Assembly (NCBI GenBank): GCA_051530055.1
Contig: CM121343.1
Location: forward strand, 7,256,044 to 7,320,043
Direction of reading: 5' to 3'
DNA from: Neoechinorhynchus agilis
Taxonomy: Eukaryota > Animalia > Acanthocephala
DNA length: 64,000 nt
The position numbers and the translations under genes are program-made. Below are positions 58,960 through 64,000 of the stretch, piece by piece (the stretch's first letter is position 1; the number at the start of each line of letters is the position of its first letter). The notes beneath the pieces are model-generated. The model searched no databases, was not told the DNA's origin, and saw only the letters and a list, made by a program, of their open reading frames with translations.

Positions 58960-61874
58960 AACCAACCCTAACTGATAACCCCTGCTGAATAATCCTCCAT
59001 AACGACCTCCCCCTGCTGTATAAACAAACCCGAACGGATAATCCACTTCTGGATAAAATTTACCCCCTAAAACGCAACCGCCATTTGGGAATCTAACCCG
59101 CATCTGCCGTTATCCCGTCTTTTGCAACCTATCACAATCATAAATCCGTCGGCTTGAAGCGTTTCATAAAAGAGCCTCTAAAATTTGCACATTTGATTCT
59201 CCCCCTCGCGCTACCACCACAATTTTTATCACATTTTATTCCACTTTTAACATGAGCACAACACTCGATAATCCCCTGCTTTATAAACCAACCCTAACGG
59301 ATAATCCACCGCTGTATAAACCAACCCGAACTTATAATCACCTGCTGAAAAACCAACCCTAACCGATATCCCCCACTGTATAAACCAACTCGAACGGATA
59401 ATCCCCTACTGGATAATTCCGCCAGAACGGACCTCCCCGTGCTGTATAAACCAACCCTAACGGATAATCCCCCGCTGTATAAACCAACCCAAACAGATAA
59501 TCCCCTTCTGGATAATTCCATCCGAACGGACATACGTCCACTGTATAAACCACCCCAACTGATAATCCCTTACTGGATAATTCCACCCGGACGGACATCC
59601 CCCTGCTGTATAAACCAACCCGAACGGATAATCCCCTGCTGGATAAACCAACCCGAACGGATAATCCCCCGCTGTATAAACCAACCCTAACGGATAATCC
59701 CCTGCTGGATAATTCCGCCAGAACGGACTTCCCCCTGCTGTATAAACCAACCCGAACGGATAATCCCCCGCTGTATAAACCAACCCGAACAGATAATCCC
59801 CTACTGGATAATTCCCCGAACGGACTCCCCCTGTATAAACCAACTCGAACGGATAATCCCCTACTGGATAATTCCGCCAGAACGGACTTCCCCGTGCTGT
59901 ATAAACCAACCCTAACGGATAATCCCCCGCTGTATAAACCAACCCAACCCAACAGATAATCCCCTTCTGGATAATTCCATCCGAACGGACATACGTCCAC
60001 TGTATAAACCACCCCAACTGATAATCCCTTACTGGATAATTCCACCCGGACGGACATCCCCCTGCTGTATAAACCAACCCGAACGGATAATCCCCTGCTG
60101 TATAAACCAATCCGAACGGATAATCCCCTGCTGTATAAACCAACCCGAACGGATAATCCCCCTGATAACCCACACCTGCTGTATAAACCAACCCGAACGG
60201 ATAATCCCCCGCTGTATAAACCAACCCGAACAGATAATCCCCTCTGGATAATTCCACCCGAACGGACATCCTCCACTGTAAACCACCCCAACGATAATCC
60301 CTACTGGATAATTCCACCCGAACGGCATCTCCTGCTGTATAAACCAACCCGAACGGATAATCCCACTGGATAATTCCACCAGAACGGACATCCCTGCTGT
60401 ATAAACCAACCCTAACAGATAATCCCCTTCTGGATAATTCCACCCGAACGGACATACGCCCACTGTATAAACCAACCCAACGGATTCCCCCGCGATAAAC
60501 CAACCAACAATCCCCTCTGATAACACCCACACCCCTGCTGTATAAACCAACCCTAACGGATAATCCCCTACTGGATAATTCCGCCAGAACGGACATCCCC
60601 CTGCTGTATAAACCAACCCGAACGGATAATCCCCTTCTGGATAAATCCGCAAGAACGGACATCCGCCCACTGTATAAACCAACCCGAACGGATAATCCCC
60701 CGCTGTATAAACCAACCCGAACTTATAATCCCCTGCTGTATAAACCAACCCTAACGGATAATCCCCTGCTGTATAAACCAACCCGAACGGATAATCCCCT
60801 TCTGGATAATTCCATCCGAACGGACATACGTCCACTGTATAAACCACCCCAACTGATAATCCCTTACTGGATAATTCCACCCGGACGGACATCCCCCTGC
60901 TGTATAAACCAACCCGAACTTATAATCCCCTCTGATAAACCAACAACGGATAATCCCCTGCTGTATAAACCAACCCGAACGGATAATCCCCTGCTGTATA
61001 AACCAACTCGAACGGATAATCCCCTGCTGTATAAACCAACCCTAACGGATAATCCCCTGCTGTATAAACCAACCCAAACAGATAATCCCCTTCTGGATAA
61101 TTCCATCCGAACGGACATCCGTCCACTGTATAAACCACCCCAACGGATAATCCCTTACTGGATAATTCCACCCGAACGGCTAGTCTCCTGCTGTATAAAC
61201 CAACCCGAACGGATAATCCCCTACTGGATAATTCCGCCAGAACGGACCTCCCCGTGCTGTATAAACCAACCCTAACGGATAATCCCCTGCTGTATAAACA
61301 GACCCGAACGGATAATCCCCTCCTGGATAATTTCGCCCGAACGGACATCCGTCCACTGTATAAACCAACCCAACGGATAATCCCTTACTGGATAATTCCA
61401 CCCGAACGGCTAGTCTCCTGCTGTATAAACCAACCCGAACGGATAATCCCCTGCTGTATAAACCAACTCGAACGGATAATCCCCTGCTGTATAAACCAAC
61501 TCGAAGGGATAATCCCCTGCTGTATAAACCAACTCGAAGGGATAATCCCCTGCTGTATAAACAGACCCGAACGGATAATCCCATACTGGATAATTCCGTC
61601 AGAATGGATCTTAAACGCCTCCGCCATTTAGGAGTCCCTATGGCCGATCTTTCCAAATTTTATTACAGCTTTATTTTACCCTCCTTTACGTCTTTTGCAA
61701 CCTATCGCAATCACAAATCTGTCGTCTTGAAAGGTTTGATAGAGGAGCTTCTAAATTTCGTACAGTAAATTTCTTCCCCACTGAATACCTTTATAAGATT
61801 TTCATCAAACAATCAAAACGCCTCTCAAGCCTACCACCACAATATTCCACACGAGCACAACACTCGTAATCCCC
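58960..61874. repeat. Composite 32-33-bp minisatellite nested in a larger two-unit direct repeat
   Basis: Monomer A ctgctgtataaaccaacccgaacggataatccc and monomer B ctactggataattccrccngaacggacatccc are interspersed over 59277-61606. Spacers 59070-59276 and 61612-61874 are diverged copies of each other. Confidence 0.95.
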
Positions 61875-62348
61875 ATTCATTTCATTTTCTTATACCTCGC
61901 ACCTCCCGCTGCCCAATCGTCTCGGATATCATTGCCTGAAATGAACCTGAGGAAAGTTCCCACCTCACAAACTTTCCCACTTGACCGGATATTCCAACTC
62001 GGTCCACTCCAGAATCAACCGTCACATTCATTTATAGTGACAAAACTCGAGTCTTCATGAGGACCCAAATGTTCATGGTTCCTCTTCCTTGTTTATCAAT
62101 AAAACGCGTTATTATTAATCTAATTTCTCCTGAAAGGGATGTTTGACGAAAAACCTTGTTTTTTCCCAATTCTAAAGTTTAAACTCTTATGGCATAACCG
62201 TGGTTTTATGTTTAAATTGAACGTTCATCTGCAATTAGGAACTTTTGCCGGAAAAGTAGTATTGGTTTTAAGAGTAACGTCAAATATGATTTAAAATGTT
62301 CTAAGCTTTAGTTGCACAATTTAAGTTGACCTTTGAATTTTTAGATTT

Positions 62349-63347
62349 GTGGCGACAATGGCTGACAAAGAAAAAAATCCTTCGGACGTTCTCGGTACCC
62401 ACTACTTTAAAGAACGAGCCAGCATCTATTCAGAACTGGAATCATTACTTCCTGCACTGTTGACTGATTCGACGATATTGGACGATATGGATCGTATCGA
62501 AGAAAAAGTTTATCGATTGCAGAGTTCATTGAGGAATCAGAGTGTTTCACTTGAGCTCCAACTAAGTAAGCTGAAAAAGCCGGCGCGAACTGAGAAAGTG
62601 GTTGAAACTCAGCAACTTGCAAGTACGATTGGGAGCCGTCCTCAAAACCTTGGTCTGACATCTTTGTTCGATTGTACGACTGGTATGCCCAATAGGGATG
62701 AGATGCGAGTCTTCGAAACGCCACAGTCGCGTCTTTGGCGCAAACGGCGTGTAACCGAAGCAGCGGCCTCGAAATGCCTTCGACTGCCCGAATCGAACGC
62801 AGCTCTACCAATCGACAAATTCTGGCCTGCTCTACGAGCGCATTGGATTACTTCGTATTGCCACGTTCTTGCAGCAATCGAGCAACGTAGAGCACGTAAA
62901 TCGCTCGCTCTTGATCCGTTAATTCAATCGGTCGCATTGAAAGAGATACGAAGGTTGCAAGACATTCCTGACCTTTTTGATTCCTCAAGGTCTGAAAAAA
63001 TCACAATGACCATGTTTAGGGAACACACCTTGAACCTATTCGACCGACGTTTTCAGAGCTCCACTTATGCGAAAAACCACCCTAAGACAATCCATAAGAT
63101 GTCTACTACGAGTGACGAATGCGAAAACAATGAACGCACCAACGAACTGATATGCGAAGTTGACCGTTTGACTTCTAAACAGACCCTGATCGAACTAAGG
63201 ATGTTTGAGCGGATAGAGAGGCCCAAGTCAAGACGGTCCGATTTCACGAGAGATCGAAAGCATCTCATCGAACAACTAATCAATCTCAGTTTTCGTAACA
63301 TTTCCTCGTTCCCGAAAAAACAGCCTGACTCACCGATGAACAAGTAA
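62349..63347 (+). CDS. Hypothetical protein with predicted helical/coiled-coil segments
   Basis: 332-aa uninterrupted ORF in AT-rich DNA with natural composition. No family recognised. Confidence 0.65.
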   Translation: MATMADKEKNPSDVLGTHYFKERASIYSELESLLPALLTDSTILDDMDRIEEKVYRLQSSLRNQSVSLELQLSKLKKPARTEKVVETQQLASTIGSRPQNLGLTSLFDCTTGMPNRDEMRVFETPQSRLWRKRRVTEAAASKCLRLPESNAALPIDKFWPALRAHWITSYCHVLAAIEQRRARKSLALDPLIQSVALKEIRRLQDIPDLFDSSRSEKITMTMFREHTLNLFDRRFQSSTYAKNHPKTIHKMSTTSDECENNERTNELICEVDRLTSKQTLIELRMFERIERPKSRRSDFTRDRKHLIEQLINLSFRNISSFPKKQPDSPMNK

Positions 63348-64000
63348 ACCGGTTTGTTCGTCTCCGTACAAATATCCATACTCAAAATGGCGAAACTATG
63401 CACAGATAAAAAAAAGGTTACTCATTTTACGTTTGTTATTAAATTATGTTTCTCATAATCGAAATATGTAAATTTAAGGAATCAATATAGTGACGGGTGA
63501 CCTTTGGTCATAGCCAATTTATAAAATAGTTATGACTTTTCTCCAAGAATGAGCACCGTCACAAACTCGGACGGAAGTCACTATAGTCGATTCCGATTGA
63601 TCGAACCACATCGGGACGCGATCGCTTTGGTTCGATTAACCGAAATGGACTGTATTTTGGATTTATAGTCATATTAGAACATTCTAAAAATATCACATTT
63701 GAGAGTTCTACTTTAATTCACAAGTAAATGATTGAAGGTATTTACAAAGAATATCCGACCTTTTTCCTGGGGTGTCAATAAAACTAACCTGCAGTTGTAC
63801 TATTGGCGGTTTTCCAGAGCACATCGCTTCATGGCGCTTTATTATAAACAATGCTGTAAAGTATAAAGATTCATCAGTGCTTGACCTGAATCGCATCAAT
63901 TCAACTCCATTTCCCATTAGTTGGAAATGTTAAAGTAAAGGAACGGTTTCCAGGCATATCTTTTTGGCACTCTTAACATTAGGAGATAAATGGGAATCTG

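Noticed and set aside
59294-61656. Long ORFs of GDYPFGLVYTA / GLSVRVGLYSR repeats, and a possible CRISPR-like look
   Set aside because: They are by-products of a 33-bp period. Frames switch at frequent indels and there are no unique spacers or cas genes, so this is a minisatellite.
63708-63917. 69-aa minus-strand ORF at the window edge
   Set aside because: It may be an internal exon of a gene extending beyond the window, but no motif was recognised.

Overview
AT-rich nuclear DNA from an animal with a compact genome: it carries a LIM-homeobox gene, peptide-type GPCRs and MANF, and the short introns I could trace are about 42-65 nt. It is not prokaryotic, and I found no rRNA, tRNA or CRISPR array. 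Traceable genes, left to right: glucosylceramide synthase (-), p38-type MAPK (-), a PTB-like ORF (+), an SLC16/MCT-type MFS transporter (+), a four-TM MARVEL-like protein (+), GPCR 1 (-), MANF (+), a secreted 2xF5/8C plus F-type-lectin-like protein (+), an RGS protein (-), GPCR 2 (-), a divergent LIM-homeobox gene (-), a single-chain gamma-beta-alpha urease homologue (-), an ILF2/NF45-like DZF protein (-) and an unknown 332-aa ORF (+). Between the genes lie decayed retroelements (a LINE, three Penelope-like pieces, CRE-type 3' ends), seven unrelated tandem arrays covering roughly 15 kb, and several long fold-back hairpins. Three observations stand out. (1) The urease homologue is spliced and open but has visibly lost at least five of the six nickel ligands and the active-site flap, making it a candidate pseudo-urease. 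(2) Several minimal hammerhead-ribozyme motifs occur, and one palindromic satellite appears to be built from a hammerhead-bearing Penelope terminus. (3) Fold-back inserts bracketed by 10-17-bp direct repeats recur. All assignments come from manual translation and motif recognition; no database searches were run.
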